From positions 3,929 through 67,928 of the IMG/VR virus record IMGVR_UViG_3300037337_000106: a DNA stretch of 64,000 nucleotides, one strand, 5' to 3'. Both the position numbers and the translations under genes were made by a program. A model generated the notes under the pieces. It was not told the DNA's origin. It saw only the letters and a list, made by a program, of their open reading frames with translations, and did no database searches. The stretch comes from a virus (lineage: Duplodnaviria > Caudoviricetes). Numbering within the stretch: position 1 is the stretch's first letter; every line of letters begins with the position of its first letter. Of the stretch, positions 1 to 10,566 are shown piece after piece.

Positions 1-298
1 AATTTGCAGTGTCAACTACTGGTTCATATGATCTTCCAGCCATTGCAGGATTAAATAAGAGTGTTGGTATTGATAGTTTGCTCCCTATTAAATAAGAAAT
101 ATATCCACCAGCAGATGACCCTACGATTAAATCAGGGTTCATGTTGGAGACGCTCGATAATATTTTTTTAAAGAAGTCCTTTTCTTTATAATCAATATCG
201 GGTGCATATACACCTTTAAATTGCTGTCTTAAAAAAATAATCTTAGGGTCCTTTTCATCTATAACAGATTCGAGTCCATGTAGGTATGCTATTTTCAT
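1..298 (-). CDS. YqiA/YcfP-like alpha/beta hydrolase (runs off window start; not in ORF track)
   Basis: Manual translation from ATG at 298: MKIAYLHGLES...IVGSSAGG...LLFNPA (HG, GxSxGG nucleophile elbow, NPA). Confidence 0.75.
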   Translation of the reverse strand, partial: MKIAYLHGLESVIDEKDPKIIFLRQQFKGVYAPDIDYKEKDFFKKILSSVSNMNPDLIVGSSAGGYISYLIGSKLSIPTLLFNPAMAGRSYEPVVDTAN

Positions 299-371
299 AA
301 TGTTTCTTTAATTTATATGTAAATATAAACAAAAAAAGTGATATAAAAAAACTTTATATCACTTATTTTAA

Positions 372-965
372 TTAAATCTTTGGTCTACCTAATAATATTT
401 TATCATGACTCGAACCTCCTAGCTTTCTCGAATACCAACCGTTTCCGGGCATTCCTTCTTTATTTCCAAGAAATTCAACCTTTTTTCCAAGAACCTTTTC
501 GATAATGTTTATATCAGAAACAACTGGCACATCATACTTACTTAGTAATATCGCGGCAATCTTACCTGATACTTCTATATAAAATCCAAGTTTTTGTAAT
601 TCATTTCCTCTTGTGGTAATGTACTCTCGTTTAGCTGTACTTGTTCCATCATGTCCGACACCTGAATATTTTACGCCGAATTTAGTTTTCTTACCAAACA
701 TTATCATGTCAAAATCATTGTCTCCATGAATATCAATTCCTTCCCAATAATTCCATTCTGAGTCTGCAAATACATCTGCCGGTGAATTTATTTTTGCATG
801 GCCACCTATTTCGGCATATGCTGTGGAAATTAAATTATAGAATTCGCCAGCAAGTTCCGGATATTTTTTATAATCAAATTTAAGAGTTTTGCCACGTTTA
901 GGATTAAATATCTCACCGCTTGTTTTTTCGTTAATGAATTCTTCGTATAATTTTATGTGTTTCAT
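372..965 (-). CDS. hypothetical protein with shared MKxIKLYEEFINE leader (putative capsid-internal protein)
   Basis: N-terminus MKHIKLYEEFINEK is shared with 8 other ORFs in the window. Confidence 0.6.
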   Translation of the reverse strand: MKHIKLYEEFINEKTSGEIFNPKRGKTLKFDYKKYPELAGEFYNLISTAYAEIGGHAKINSPADVFADSEWNYWEGIDIHGDNDFDMIMFGKKTKFGVKYSGVGHDGTSTAKREYITTRGNELQKLGFYIEVSGKIAAILLSKYDVPVVSDINIIEKVLGKKVEFLGNKEGMPGNGWYSRKLGGSSHDKILLGRPKI

Positions 966-1138
966 TTTAATTATTATCTTTAATTAATTTTTCTATAACC
1001 GATGAGTGACTCATATATACTTGCATATGCATAGGTGTTAACTGCTTGCCTTCCTTTATATATTTCATTATTTCCATTAAAAAATAAGAGGGAACTTCCC
1101 CTGTTTCAATATATTTAGTGTGTTCTATCCTAGTCATT

Positions 1139-2584
1139 TTATTTCATTTTAAATCCAAGCTTTCCGTTTCCTGGGTTTGGTGTAGAAACATTAGGGGCCT
1201 CGAATGTTATATTTGAATCAGTATCATTAAACCCTTTAAGATAAAAGAGTATTTCCTCTGTTTTTAAATTCACATCCATATATAATTGCTTTACCTCGAG
1301 CTTAGAGACTATGGTCTTAAGTGTATTAATATACAGATCACTATCCCCTAGTTTTCCGTTTAACTTATCAATAAGATTCATTGTTAATGGATATGAAAAA
1401 AGACCTACATATTTATTGCTTAATTTAAGTTTAGCCCAGTCAATTCTACTAAAACTACTACCTCTACCTGCTGCTAAATTTACAGGTTCAACAAATTTGT
1501 AAAAGAATTCCTCTTTTCCCATTGCTAAAATACCATTTTGAATAAACGTCTCAATTGTATTTTGATCTATATTTTTTAATTTAGTAATTTCTTTAAGCTT
1601 TAATACAGATGGCAGATTCATGAATTCAGCCCCCTTGAGATATCCATTTACAACTGAGTTTGTCTCTATTATTTTAAATAAATTATAGAGTTGAGATTCA
1701 CCATTTAATGTAAATTGCTCAGGTTTTAAGTCTTTAATGATATTAGTAAGTGTAGGTGCTGCTCCGCTTTTGTATTTTGAAGATATCCCATATCCATCAA
1801 TGTAAAAATCTATTAATGGATTATTACCTGAAGGAAATTTAATTCCATTTGTGTAATTAACAATATTTAACATAAGGGCAGCTCCTAATATTTCTCCAAA
1901 ATCTTTACCTATTGTATTTAAATCAGCAGGACCTAATACCTCTATTCCTTCTTTAATATTTTCAGTATATTTAATATTCTCACTAAAACTTTCTATTTCG
2001 TTTGGATTTTTAAATGAACTAGAAGGCACGTAATCTGCGACTAAGATATACAATTCAGATAACATAGAATTTAAATATGGATTTGATTTTCCATACATTC
2101 TCTCTATGTTTGATGTAACATATCCACCTAATGTACTTAGATTCATATCTAAATCTTCAGGTATTTTAAGATTAGTAGGAGTTAATTCTTTAGACTTAAT
2201 AGAACCCTTAGGTGGATTGTTATCTACTATTTTAAATGATTCACCAGGATTCATTGTTACCTTTCCATTAATATAGGGTTCGGTCAATGTTACTGTATAT
2301 GTGTAAAACTTTCCTGAATTTGCTCCATTTGTATAATCCCCTGGTATAGCCAATTGTATTGAATTGCTAATTTTAAGAGTATTAAGAGCCTTTTCTATTT
2401 TATTAGTTGCTGCTTTAATGTCTCCTCCTAAATCAAATCTAATATCTTTATTTCCATTTTTAGAATTAATACGCCCTTTGCCTAAAACCCTCGATAATGG
2501 ATCTAATATCTGTCCCTCTATAGTTCTTGAATTTTCATTCATTGCGATATCAAACCTTGCTCTAAAATCTCCTATTGTTCCCAT
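1139..2584 (-). CDS. hypothetical protein, possible PD-(D/E)XK-like nuclease domain
   Basis: 481-aa ORF; DFGE...PLIDFYIDGYGISSK resembles a restriction-fold motif. Confidence 0.4.
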   Translation of the reverse strand: MGTIGDFRARFDIAMNENSRTIEGQILDPLSRVLGKGRINSKNGNKDIRFDLGGDIKAATNKIEKALNTLKISNSIQLAIPGDYTNGANSGKFYTYTVTLTEPYINGKVTMNPGESFKIVDNNPPKGSIKSKELTPTNLKIPEDLDMNLSTLGGYVTSNIERMYGKSNPYLNSMLSELYILVADYVPSSSFKNPNEIESFSENIKYTENIKEGIEVLGPADLNTIGKDFGEILGAALMLNIVNYTNGIKFPSGNNPLIDFYIDGYGISSKYKSGAAPTLTNIIKDLKPEQFTLNGESQLYNLFKIIETNSVVNGYLKGAEFMNLPSVLKLKEITKLKNIDQNTIETFIQNGILAMGKEEFFYKFVEPVNLAAGRGSSFSRIDWAKLKLSNKYVGLFSYPLTMNLIDKLNGKLGDSDLYINTLKTIVSKLEVKQLYMDVNLKTEEILFYLKGFNDTDSNITFEAPNVSTPNPGNGKLGFKMK

Positions 2585-2591
2585 ATTTTCA

Positions 2592-3140
2592 TTATTGTTT
2601 TACTAGATGTGTTTTAATAGATGTTCCTAGTTCATTCTCTAATTGTTTTATTAGTTTTATATTATTCTTATCATCATCAAAGAAAGTGATGTCAGTGTAA
2701 CCCTCATCAATAAACCAGCGCATTGCCCCTTGTTTTCTTTCTTGTATGTTTCCTACCAGACCATGAACAGGATCATTGACCGCCCATATAAATTTTTTGT
2801 CAATATGAAATCCTAAATGAAATCTAAAAAATTCATATATCATTTCTCTATTATCACGTGCTGTAATTACTCCAATTGCAATGCCATTATTATAATTCTT
2901 AGTAAGTATATTAAAATATTTGTCAATGATTTTTCCGGCTTTCATTATTTCTATTGACTTGAATTGATCAAAGTTAATTATATGACGTTGATTCTTTTCA
3001 TATGAATTAAATTCCTCAGGTGTTAACTCATATGTCTTATTGCTCTTTGGGTCAGTTACCTTAATTTTAGCTGAAGTAATTAATATAGTATCATCTATAT
3101 CAAATATCAAAATCTTTGTTGTGCTGTACTTTTCATTCAT
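2592..3140 (-). CDS. HAD-superfamily phosphatase
   Basis: FDIDDT motif I, ITAR motif II, FFDDD motif IV. Confidence 0.75.
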   Translation of the reverse strand: MNEKYSTTKILIFDIDDTILITSAKIKVTDPKSNKTYELTPEEFNSYEKNQRHIINFDQFKSIEIMKAGKIIDKYFNILTKNYNNGIAIGVITARDNREMIYEFFRFHLGFHIDKKFIWAVNDPVHGLVGNIQERKQGAMRWFIDEGYTDITFFDDDKNNIKLIKQLENELGTSIKTHLVKQ

Positions 3141-3204
3141 TTACTATATATCTGAGTAAATATAATCATTTTTTATTAAATATAAATATATTTTAACTCT
3201 TATT

Positions 3205-3855
3205 TTAAAATTTAGGAATTCCTCCTATTTTAATTGCTCTTTTTCTCCACGATATTAGAATTTGCTTCTTCTCCCTTGGTGTTAATGCTTGATTGTTTAG
3301 ATATCGAGTGACTGATGTTAGCATGCTTTCTCTTCTCTTTTTCCCTTCAAATCTTAATCCTTGTAAGTTTGCGTCTATTTCCTTAGGTAAAATATAGTAT
3401 AGGTATGATGGAATCAAACTCATTTTAATCATATTACGCTGATCAGAGTCATCCTCATACGGTTTTCCATCCTTGTAGTTATGTATTGATTCTCCTTCTT
3501 GCGTGATATGTTCTATTTCATGGCGAACTATATCACATAATAAGAAATAAAGAGTGCTCCATTGATCAGGTAACCATGTAGGATTAATATTAATATCTAT
3601 ATCGATGAAGGGGGTTTGATAGCAGTCATTTTCGTCTAGGTCCCTGCCATCAGCTCCAGTAGAATCAAGTACAATGATACCTGTTTTGTTTGTAAAAAAT
3701 AACCTTGCATTAAAATCAAATCTTAGATTTTTAGTATCGATATTAATACTGTAATTTGAAAAATTATCAGAAGAGACAGTGTAGTCTTTTTTCCATGACT
3801 TAATAGTTTCGCGTACAATTTTTGTTGATAACGAATCATACTTACTTCTACTCAT
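3205..3855 (-). CDS. putative zincin metallopeptidase
   Basis: HEIEH (HExxH) plus downstream EIDA. Confidence 0.55.
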   Translation of the reverse strand: MSRSKYDSLSTKIVRETIKSWKKDYTVSSDNFSNYSINIDTKNLRFDFNARLFFTNKTGIIVLDSTGADGRDLDENDCYQTPFIDIDININPTWLPDQWSTLYFLLCDIVRHEIEHITQEGESIHNYKDGKPYEDDSDQRNMIKMSLIPSYLYYILPKEIDANLQGLRFEGKKRRESMLTSVTRYLNNQALTPREKKQILISWRKRAIKIGGIPKF

Positions 3856-3902
3856 AATATTTTTCTTTTAAGTTATATCATAACATGTCATATTGTTTAA
3901 AA

Positions 3903-3929
3903 TAAAAAGAACCCTATAGGGTTCTTTTT
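3903..3929. terminator. intrinsic terminator, potentially bidirectional
   Basis: aaaaagaaccc-tata-gggttcttttt. Confidence 0.8.
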
Positions 3930-3950
3930 TATTGGCAATCAGTATGTTAA

Positions 3951-4568
3951 CTATATAGTTGGAGTATTCTGATCATTTGCATCCAATGTCCCTATCCCAT
4001 TTATTACATTATAACTTAAAGTAGCTACTCTTTCGCCCTGTGTGCCTGTTTGTGAATTAACATTTTGAGTATTTAGCGTAATTAACTTGCCAACTGATGC
4101 AACATTAAATGTTTCAGTAGCTGTCGAATTTGTCCAAACATATGAATTGCTGGCCCTGTTAGGGGTGCCTCCTTTCCATAACGTAACATCAATATTAACA
4201 GGAAGCTGTCCTGTATTGCCATACCAAAATGCCCTAAGATCCATTAAAACATTATTAGATGATGGATATGCTGCCTTGTATTGTGTCACATTAAATAAAA
4301 CTGACTCAAATCCATTACCGGTATTATCTCTTCCCCATTCCAAGAAAGGTGAAGTTGATGGCCACTGTGCCTGTAGGCCGTATCCTAAATAGGTACTTAT
4401 TGAGGTTTGACCGACATTAGGTGATACTATTCGAGTCCTAGTATCTAAATCACTTCCATCATTAAATTCATAAGTTACCATGACCCATTCGGAAACAAAG
4501 ACAAACTCTGTGACTGAACCTGCTCCATTTGCTCTACGTAACATCCTAAAAAAATTTATGTTACTCAT
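3951..4568 (-). CDS. putative tail-fibre-associated structural protein
   Basis: S/T/N/G-rich beta-type sequence overlapping the end of the tail fibre gene. Confidence 0.45.
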   Translation of the reverse strand: MSNINFFRMLRRANGAGSVTEFVFVSEWVMVTYEFNDGSDLDTRTRIVSPNVGQTSISTYLGYGLQAQWPSTSPFLEWGRDNTGNGFESVLFNVTQYKAAYPSSNNVLMDLRAFWYGNTGQLPVNIDVTLWKGGTPNRASNSYVWTNSTATETFNVASVGKLITLNTQNVNSQTGTQGERVATLSYNVINGIGTLDANDQNTPTI

Positions 4569-7398
4569 TGCGTTTTAATTCGTCTATTTGTATTTGTTGA
4601 TCTTTAATTGCTTCTATTAATATAGCTATAATTTTTTCATAATCTATTGTTTTATATTTAGTTCCACTGTCATCTATAAAGGGTAATTCCTTTTCCCTAA
4701 CAATGTCAGGAATTACCCTTTCAACTTCTTGTGCAATTAATCCTATGTCATGTTGTCCTTTCCTAGAACCAATATTCCAGTCATATTCAACTCCTCTCAT
4801 TGCCTTAACTTTATCTAATGCATTCGATACTGTGGTAATATTGTCCTTTAATCGCTCGTCTGAGACTGATGTGGAGAACGCAATAACGTCACCTGCGACA
4901 TTAAGATCTCCTGAAGCGGATAATGACATGACAATTGTATCGTTAATATATGACTGTATTTGACTGGATACTGAATTAAAAAACGTGTAATCTCCATTAT
5001 TATTACCTATTGATTGATTAGTGAACAATCTATAATTATTAGTAAGAATTTGATCATTGTTTACTGGAATGCTCCAAAAATAATTAGTTCCATCAAAATA
5101 AAACCCTAAAACATCTACAATACCAAGTTGCGTTGACGTTGTATAGCCACCTCCTCCTATTATAATAGATCCAGCAGGTAATGACATAGTGTATGATTGA
5201 CTAGCATTCTGTTTTACAAGAATTACACCAGTATCTCCGGTAACTGCATTTGAAATACTTAATGATCTATTTCCTCCAAGTGTTACCTTAGCATTAGATC
5301 CTAGATTTAAATTCCATGCAATAGTAGCCTGATCTGTTAGGTTGTTTTGTGAAATTGTCATTTTTCCATTAAGATCTAACTTACTACCATCGAATGTTAA
5401 GTTATCTTCTCCCGCTAATGGTTGGCTTGAGCTTCCAGTTGCGGTTACTAGTCTGTTGTTTACGTTATTAATCATTGATAATGAAGCAGAAGGTCCTTGA
5501 AAACCTTGATCTCCTTTAAATCCTTGAGGTCCAGTAAATCCTTGAGGTCCTTGAAAACCCTGATCTCCTTTAAGACCTTGATCTCCTTTAAGACCTTGAG
5601 GTCCAACTGCACCTTGAAAACCTTGAGGTCCAGTAAGTCCTTGAGATCCTTGAAAACCTTGAGGAGCAGTAATACCCTGAGGTCCTTGAAAACCTTGATC
5701 TCCTTTAAGACCTTGAGGTCCAGTAAATCCTTGATCTCCTTTAAGACCTTGAGGTCCAGTAATACCTTGAAAACCTATAAATCCCTGATCTCCTTTAAAT
5801 CCTTGAGGTCCAGTAAGTCCTTGAGATCCTTGAAAACCCTGAGGAGCAGTAATACCCTGAGGTCCTTGAAAACCTTGAAAACCTATGCTTCCTTGAAAAC
5901 CTTTAAGACCTTGAGGTCCTTGAAATCCTTGATCTCCTTTAAGACCTTGAGGTCCAGTAATACCTTGAAAACCTATGCTTCCTTGAAAACCTTGAACACC
6001 TATGCTTCCTTGAAAACCTTGAACTCCTGCAATTCCTTGAAAACCTTGATCTCCTTTAAGACCTTGAACACCTATGCTTCCTTGAAAACCTTGATCTCCT
6101 TTAAATCCTTGATCTCCTTTAAGACCTTGAGGTCCAGTAAATCCTTGATCTCCTTTAAGACCTTGAGGTCCAGTAATACCTTGAAAACCTATAAATCCCT
6201 GATCTCCTTTAAATCCTTGAGGTCCAGTAAATCCTTGATCTCCTTTAAGACCTTGAAAACCTATACTTCCTTGAAAACCTTGATCTCCTTTAAGACCTTG
6301 AACACCTATGCTTCCTTGAAAACCTTGAACTCCTTTAAATCCTTGATCTCCTTTAAGACCTTGAGGTCCAGTAATACCTTGAAAACCTATAAATCCCTGA
6401 TCTCCTTTAAATCCTTGAGGTCCAGTAAATCCTTGATCTCCTTTAAGACCTTGCACACCTATGCTTCCTTGAAAACCTTGATCTCCTTTAAGACCTTGAG
6501 GTCCAGTAAATCCCTGATCTCCTTTAAGACCTTGAACACCTATGCTTCCTTGAAAACCTTGAACTCCTGCAATTCCTTGAAAACCTTGATCTCCTTTAAG
6601 ACCTTGATCTCCTTTAAATCCTTGATCTCCTTTAAGACCTTGTACACCTATGCTTCCTTGAAAACCTTGAACTCCTACAGTTCCTTGAAAACCTTGATCT
6701 CCTTTAAGACCTTGTACACCTATGCTTCCTTGAAAACCTTGAACTCCTGCTATTCCTTGAAAACCTTGATCTCCAACAGAACCTTGAACACCTATGCTTC
6801 CTTGAAAACCTTGAACTCCTGCAATTCCTTGAAAACCTTGATCTCCTTTAAGACCTTGTACACCTATGCTTCCTTGAAAACCTTGAACTCCTGCTATTCC
6901 TTGAAAACCTTGAAAACCTTGAATACCTATGCTTCCTTGAAAACCTTGATCTCCTTTAATACCTAAAGAACCTTGATCTCCCTTAAGACCCTGGAAGCCT
7001 TGATCTCCCTTAAGACCCTGAAACCCCTGAAAACCCCTGTCCCCTTGAAACCCTCTGTTTCCTTGAAAACCATTATTACCTTGACTTCCACTAAATCCAT
7101 CTCTACTTATTATCTTCCAAACAATATCACCAACAAGTGCGCCTGCGCCTATTAGGGAGGTATCAGTAGAAAGAACTCTATATAATGTAAGAACCTTTGA
7201 TATATCATTGTCAGTATTAACGGTTCCGTCACCATTACTACCCATTACCCTATATCCATTAATAACTTGACCGATAAGATCTAAATTATAATCCATTTCA
7301 GTGTGAAATAATGATCTACCAAGTGAACCCGGGTATTTTGGAGCATATTTTCCAGTAGGTCCTCTCATATTAGAGTCTTGTAAATTGTCTTGTGCCAT
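4561..7398 (-). CDS. collagen-like tail fibre with C-terminal intramolecular chaperone (peptidase S74) domain
   Basis: Long Gly-X-Y tract; SDERLKDNI...W...GLIAQEVE...IDYEK...EAIK C-terminus. Confidence 0.85.
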   Translation of the reverse strand: MAQDNLQDSNMRGPTGKYAPKYPGSLGRSLFHTEMDYNLDLIGQVINGYRVMGSNGDGTVNTDNDISKVLTLYRVLSTDTSLIGAGALVGDIVWKIISRDGFSGSQGNNGFQGNRGFQGDRGFQGFQGLKGDQGFQGLKGDQGSLGIKGDQGFQGSIGIQGFQGFQGIAGVQGFQGSIGVQGLKGDQGFQGIAGVQGFQGSIGVQGSVGDQGFQGIAGVQGFQGSIGVQGLKGDQGFQGTVGVQGFQGSIGVQGLKGDQGFKGDQGLKGDQGFQGIAGVQGFQGSIGVQGLKGDQGFTGPQGLKGDQGFQGSIGVQGLKGDQGFTGPQGFKGDQGFIGFQGITGPQGLKGDQGFKGVQGFQGSIGVQGLKGDQGFQGSIGFQGLKGDQGFTGPQGFKGDQGFIGFQGITGPQGLKGDQGFTGPQGLKGDQGFKGDQGFQGSIGVQGLKGDQGFQGIAGVQGFQGSIGVQGFQGSIGFQGITGPQGLKGDQGFQGPQGLKGFQGSIGFQGFQGPQGITAPQGFQGSQGLTGPQGFKGDQGFIGFQGITGPQGLKGDQGFTGPQGLKGDQGFQGPQGITAPQGFQGSQGLTGPQGFQGAVGPQGLKGDQGLKGDQGFQGPQGFTGPQGFKGDQGFQGPSASLSMINNVNNRLVTATGSSSQPLAGEDNLTFDGSKLDLNGKMTISQNNLTDQATIAWNLNLGSNAKVTLGGNRSLSISNAVTGDTGVILVKQNASQSYTMSLPAGSIIIGGGGYTTSTQLGIVDVLGFYFDGTNYFWSIPVNNDQILTNNYRLFTNQSIGNNNGDYTFFNSVSSQIQSYINDTIVMSLSASGDLNVAGDVIAFSTSVSDERLKDNITTVSNALDKVKAMRGVEYDWNIGSRKGQHDIGLIAQEVERVIPDIVREKELPFIDDSGTKYKTIDYEKIIAILIEAIKDQQIQIDELKRNE
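5495..7090 (-). repeat. collagen-encoding mosaic of 9-nt units (GFQ, GDQ, GLK, GPQ, GSI, GVQ)
   Basis: Recurring ccttgaaaa / ccttgatct / cctttaaga / ccttgaggt units. Confidence 0.95.
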
Positions 7399-7400
7399 TT

Positions 7401-7910
7401 TTATTGATTATATTTATTATATAGTTTTTGTAATTTTTCTAGATCTTCTTTATTATATCCTTCTAGATATCCACATTCGATATACGTTATTTGTTTAAGA
7501 ATATACTCAGAAACATTAAGTTTAGTGTATATATTTTTTACTTCTTTGAAATCTTGAAAATACGTAGTGTTTAGTCCTAACATAGATGGTGCGCTAATAT
7601 TACTACTTTTAGTAATAAAAATACCATCAGTATTATAGACTAGATTTCGGTTAGTGTTGTTATTAAATATTGTGAATTTTTTTAATTCAAATAAAAGAAG
7701 AGGTGAACAGCTGAGGTCCCTTTTGCTTGGTTGTGTAAATATTTTAATATATTCATGAAGCATATTAATGTCTTCAAATGGACCTGCTGAGATGACATTA
7801 TCGTTTATATTATTTCTAATAGAAAACAAAATATTTGTTATTAATCCTTCATTTCTTTCAAACACGTTTAAATGCTTAAGTGCTATATTTAAAGATATTC
7901 TATTTGTCAT
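7401..7910 (-). CDS. hypothetical protein
   Basis: 169-aa ORF in tight operon. Confidence 0.55.
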   Translation of the reverse strand: MTNRISLNIALKHLNVFERNEGLITNILFSIRNNINDNVISAGPFEDINMLHEYIKIFTQPSKRDLSCSPLLLFELKKFTIFNNNTNRNLVYNTDGIFITKSSNISAPSMLGLNTTYFQDFKEVKNIYTKLNVSEYILKQITYIECGYLEGYNKEDLEKLQKLYNKYNQ

Positions 7911-7912
7911 AA

Positions 7913-8296
7913 TTATCCAATATATTTGCTTAGGAAAAATGTTATTATTGCACCGCTGGCTGTCAATATTGCAATTAATATTTTGTTTATTGAATTTTTC
8001 CAGCGAACAAGATCCTTATGTTCTTCGGCTATTTTTTTTCTTTCACTTAATAAAGATTCTTGAGATTCTCTAAATTCAGAGTTTTTCTTGTTTTCAACAA
8101 TTACACCATCAAATGGACTTAGTAATTGTTTTTTAATTTCTCTGATTTCTGTCTTCATTTCATTCTGATTTTCTACTAATTTCTCTAATGTATTTTCTAT
8201 TTGAACATAATTAGGATCTTCTATTCTTCTTTTAAATGAAGAGAAGAGATCATACAGCTCAATAATCATGTCGTGTGGGCTTCTTTCTGGTGTCAT
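7913..8296 (-). CDS. coiled-coil protein with C-terminal TM helix (holin/XhlA-like candidate)
   Basis: Heptad region then ILIAILTASGAIITFFL; ATG at 8296 preferred over TTG at 8308. Confidence 0.45.
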   Translation of the reverse strand: MTPERSPHDMIIELYDLFSSFKRRIEDPNYVQIENTLEKLVENQNEMKTEIREIKKQLLSPFDGVIVENKKNSEFRESQESLLSERKKIAEEHKDLVRWKNSINKILIAILTASGAIITFFLSKYIG

Positions 8297-8306
8297 TATA
8301 AACAGC

Positions 8307-8354
8307 AATGGGTCTTTTTAGTCTAATGTATATATCAGACTAAAAAGACCCATT
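8307..8354 (-). promoter_or_regulatory. perfect 18-bp hairpin with a GATATATA promoter motif in its loop
   Basis: aatgggtctttttagtct-aatgtatatatc-agactaaaaagacccatt. Confidence 0.7.
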
Positions 8355-8379
8355 AAATAGTATAAGTATGTAAAATGTA

Positions 8380-8727
8380 TTATTTCTTTGGCATCGCCGT
8401 AAAGTTTCTTGCTCCACGTGGAACACCTTGATCAAATGGACCTCTAGCCTTACCTGTTTTTACAAGTTCAATTGCATCTTTAGGTGATTTTGCTAAAACA
8501 TCATAATCAGTGTCATTGTCATTTGAATCCCAGAATGTCACAATGTACATTGATTCTTTGGCTTCGTCAATACCTGATCCAATCGTAGGAGTACCATAAT
8601 GTGCAATCCATTCTTCTCTAGTCATATTAGCCTCTCTTGCTTTCATTCCTAGAAAATCATTATCATGATATATTTTAGCTGATTTGGAATCACTATTGAA
8701 CTCCTCGAATAATTTTACTTTTTTCAT
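8380..8727 (-). CDS. hypothetical protein with MKKVKLFEEF leader
   Basis: Shared N-terminal motif. Confidence 0.6.
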   Translation of the reverse strand: MKKVKLFEEFNSDSKSAKIYHDNDFLGMKAREANMTREEWIAHYGTPTIGSGIDEAKESMYIVTFWDSNDNDTDYDVLAKSPKDAIELVKTGKARGPFDQGVPRGARNFTAMPKK

Positions 8728-8807
8728 AATTTAATAACTTGATTGTATTTCATCATATTGATTTGATTTATCAATAATCGAAGGAATGTAAAAATATTTA
8801 GTTCCTT

Positions 8808-9194
8808 TTAAATTTGTTTTTCTGGATTGTCAGTTTTCCTTAATGGATACAATTTAGTAGAATCAACTTTACCCTCTACTATAATGTTTTCATTTAGTTT
8901 TATTAAAGTACCTTTCATGAAATTTTTGCCCGTTGAAACATCTATCTTAGTTCCCTTTGACATTTTAATCATGTCACTGTTCTTTACAATAACAGAACCT
9001 ATAATATCTTTTTGTGGATCGCTATCCATTAAATAAAGGCTATCGGTCTCATCTCCTTCTCTTTCAGAACCTGCAACATTAATGTTATATTTCTTTGCAC
9101 CAATTGATAATTCATATTCCCCTGTAATTTTAGCATCGTACGATACCTTTTTATATTCTGAAATGAATTCCTCGAATAATTTTACTTTTTTCAT
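8808..9194 (-). CDS. hypothetical protein with MKKVKLFEEFISE leader
   Basis: Shared N-terminal motif. Confidence 0.6.
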   Translation of the reverse strand: MKKVKLFEEFISEYKKVSYDAKITGEYELSIGAKKYNINVAGSEREGDETDSLYLMDSDPQKDIIGSVIVKNSDMIKMSKGTKIDVSTGKNFMKGTLIKLNENIIVEGKVDSTKLYPLRKTDNPEKQI

Positions 9195-9213
9195 TTATAT
9201 GTATTCTATGATT

Positions 9214-9486
9214 CTATGATTTTATGTATTCTGAATAAACCTGTTTACCTTCATTATCTTCTATAGATATTGTATAGTATGTGAATGGCATTTTACGTAT
9301 TCCCTCATATGCTGCAGGAATAAGATCCCTAACACCTACTAATTCTTGATGAATTACCTTGCTATCCTTAATGACCACTAATGCCCATGGGCCTGTTTGG
9401 CTTCCATCCTTAACGCCTTTCATTATTATGCTCCAGTTTCCTTTAGCTTCACTAAGGTATTCTTCGTATAATTTTATGTGATTCAT
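9214..9486 (-). CDS. hypothetical protein with MNHIKLYEEYLSE leader
   Basis: Shared N-terminal motif. Confidence 0.6.
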   Translation of the reverse strand: MNHIKLYEEYLSEAKGNWSIIMKGVKDGSQTGPWALVVIKDSKVIHQELVGVRDLIPAAYEGIRKMPFTYYTISIEDNEGKQVYSEYIKS

Positions 9487-9860
9487 TATTTAAGAAATTT
9501 GTTTATAAAATAATCGAAAAAATCAGTAGCAGTTTTTTTATTACCCCTAAGTGCTTGTTGGTAGTACATTGGTGCATTTCCAAATGTATAATCACCACTT
9601 ACTCCATATATCTTATGAATTTCCTTTCCACCTGAAACTGAACTATATGCATTTAAACTCCATGCTATCTTATTAAATTTAATTCCTCTAATGTCATCAC
9701 TAACTGGCCTTCCCTCTGTATCAAATAGATCCTTAACCCTTTCCCATGCAACAGGTCCTAGTTTAAGAACCTTAGTTGCCTTTCCATTTCCGGAATCGTC
9801 TTTATACACAAAGTCGTTTGATTCATTAATAAACTCTTCAAATAATTTTATTGTTTTCAT
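9486..9860 (-). CDS. hypothetical protein with MKTIKLFEEFINE leader
   Basis: Shared N-terminal motif; GATATATA at 9883-9890 just upstream. Confidence 0.6.
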   Translation of the reverse strand: MKTIKLFEEFINESNDFVYKDDSGNGKATKVLKLGPVAWERVKDLFDTEGRPVSDDIRGIKFNKIAWSLNAYSSVSGGKEIHKIYGVSGDYTFGNAPMYYQQALRGNKKTATDFFDYFINKFLK

Positions 9861-9889
9861 TATTTAATTTTTTTTTGTTATTTATATAT

Positions 9890-10459
9890 CTATTTAAAAA
9901 TTTGCTTTAAATTTTTACGTTTTACCATTTGTTTTATTTTAGTGATATAGTTAGGATCTTCTGCATAACTTGCATTTAAATATTCATAGTATGCATCCTC
10001 TGTCTTTATTTTACTTAGATATCTACTTTGATAAAAAGCATAATCATACACACTTTCTCTCCATGTATCATATTCGGCATGTTGTTTATTGGTACCAGTT
10101 GCAGTTGTAATTCTTGATTTTGCTTCTTTCATACCAAACAGGTTATTGTTTTCTAAAAAGATGTCGCTTTTCCAATGTCCCGTTTCAAGAATAGATTGAG
10201 CCATAGGAATCCATGCAAATTTGATGTTTAAATCTCTCATCATAGTTGCCATTTTTTGTTGACTAAATTTATCAGATTCTTGTACGATTGTAATCCTTTC
10301 TTCAACAGTAATATTTTTAATCGCCGTTGAAGAACCATTGCAATATGTTAGATAGCTGAATCCTGCTGAAAATATACATGCAGCTAGTGCGCATTTTACA
10401 TATGATCTTTTTCGTATTTGTTTAAATTGTAAAGAGTCTTGACAATATACATATAACAT
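9890..10459 (-). CDS. GH73 glucosaminidase/FlgJ-type peptidoglycan hydrolase with N-terminal TM segment
   Basis: AQSILETG, NNLFGMK, YAEDPNY motifs; the track start (TTG 10498) lies inside a promoter, so ATG 10459 is preferred. Confidence 0.8.
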   Translation of the reverse strand: MLYVYCQDSLQFKQIRKRSYVKCALAACIFSAGFSYLTYCNGSSTAIKNITVEERITIVQESDKFSQQKMATMMRDLNIKFAWIPMAQSILETGHWKSDIFLENNNLFGMKEAKSRITTATGTNKQHAEYDTWRESVYDYAFYQSRYLSKIKTEDAYYEYLNASYAEDPNYITKIKQMVKRKNLKQIFK

Positions 10460-10566
10460 ATTAGATGTTTGTTGATTAATACATGTAAATATAAACAAAA
10501 AAATCCGTATTAAAAAATCCGGATTGTTAAAATTTTGTTAAAATGTTAGATTTAAATGTTTTGGAA

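Noticed and set aside
5497-6966. 489-aa plus-strand ORF of SLKTLISFK repeats
   Set aside because: Antisense shadow of the collagen repeat; TTG start and opposite to the genome-wide minus-strand orientation.
5495-7090. Possible CRISPR array or VNTR
   Set aside because: Units are 9-nt in-frame codon triplets with no unique spacers.
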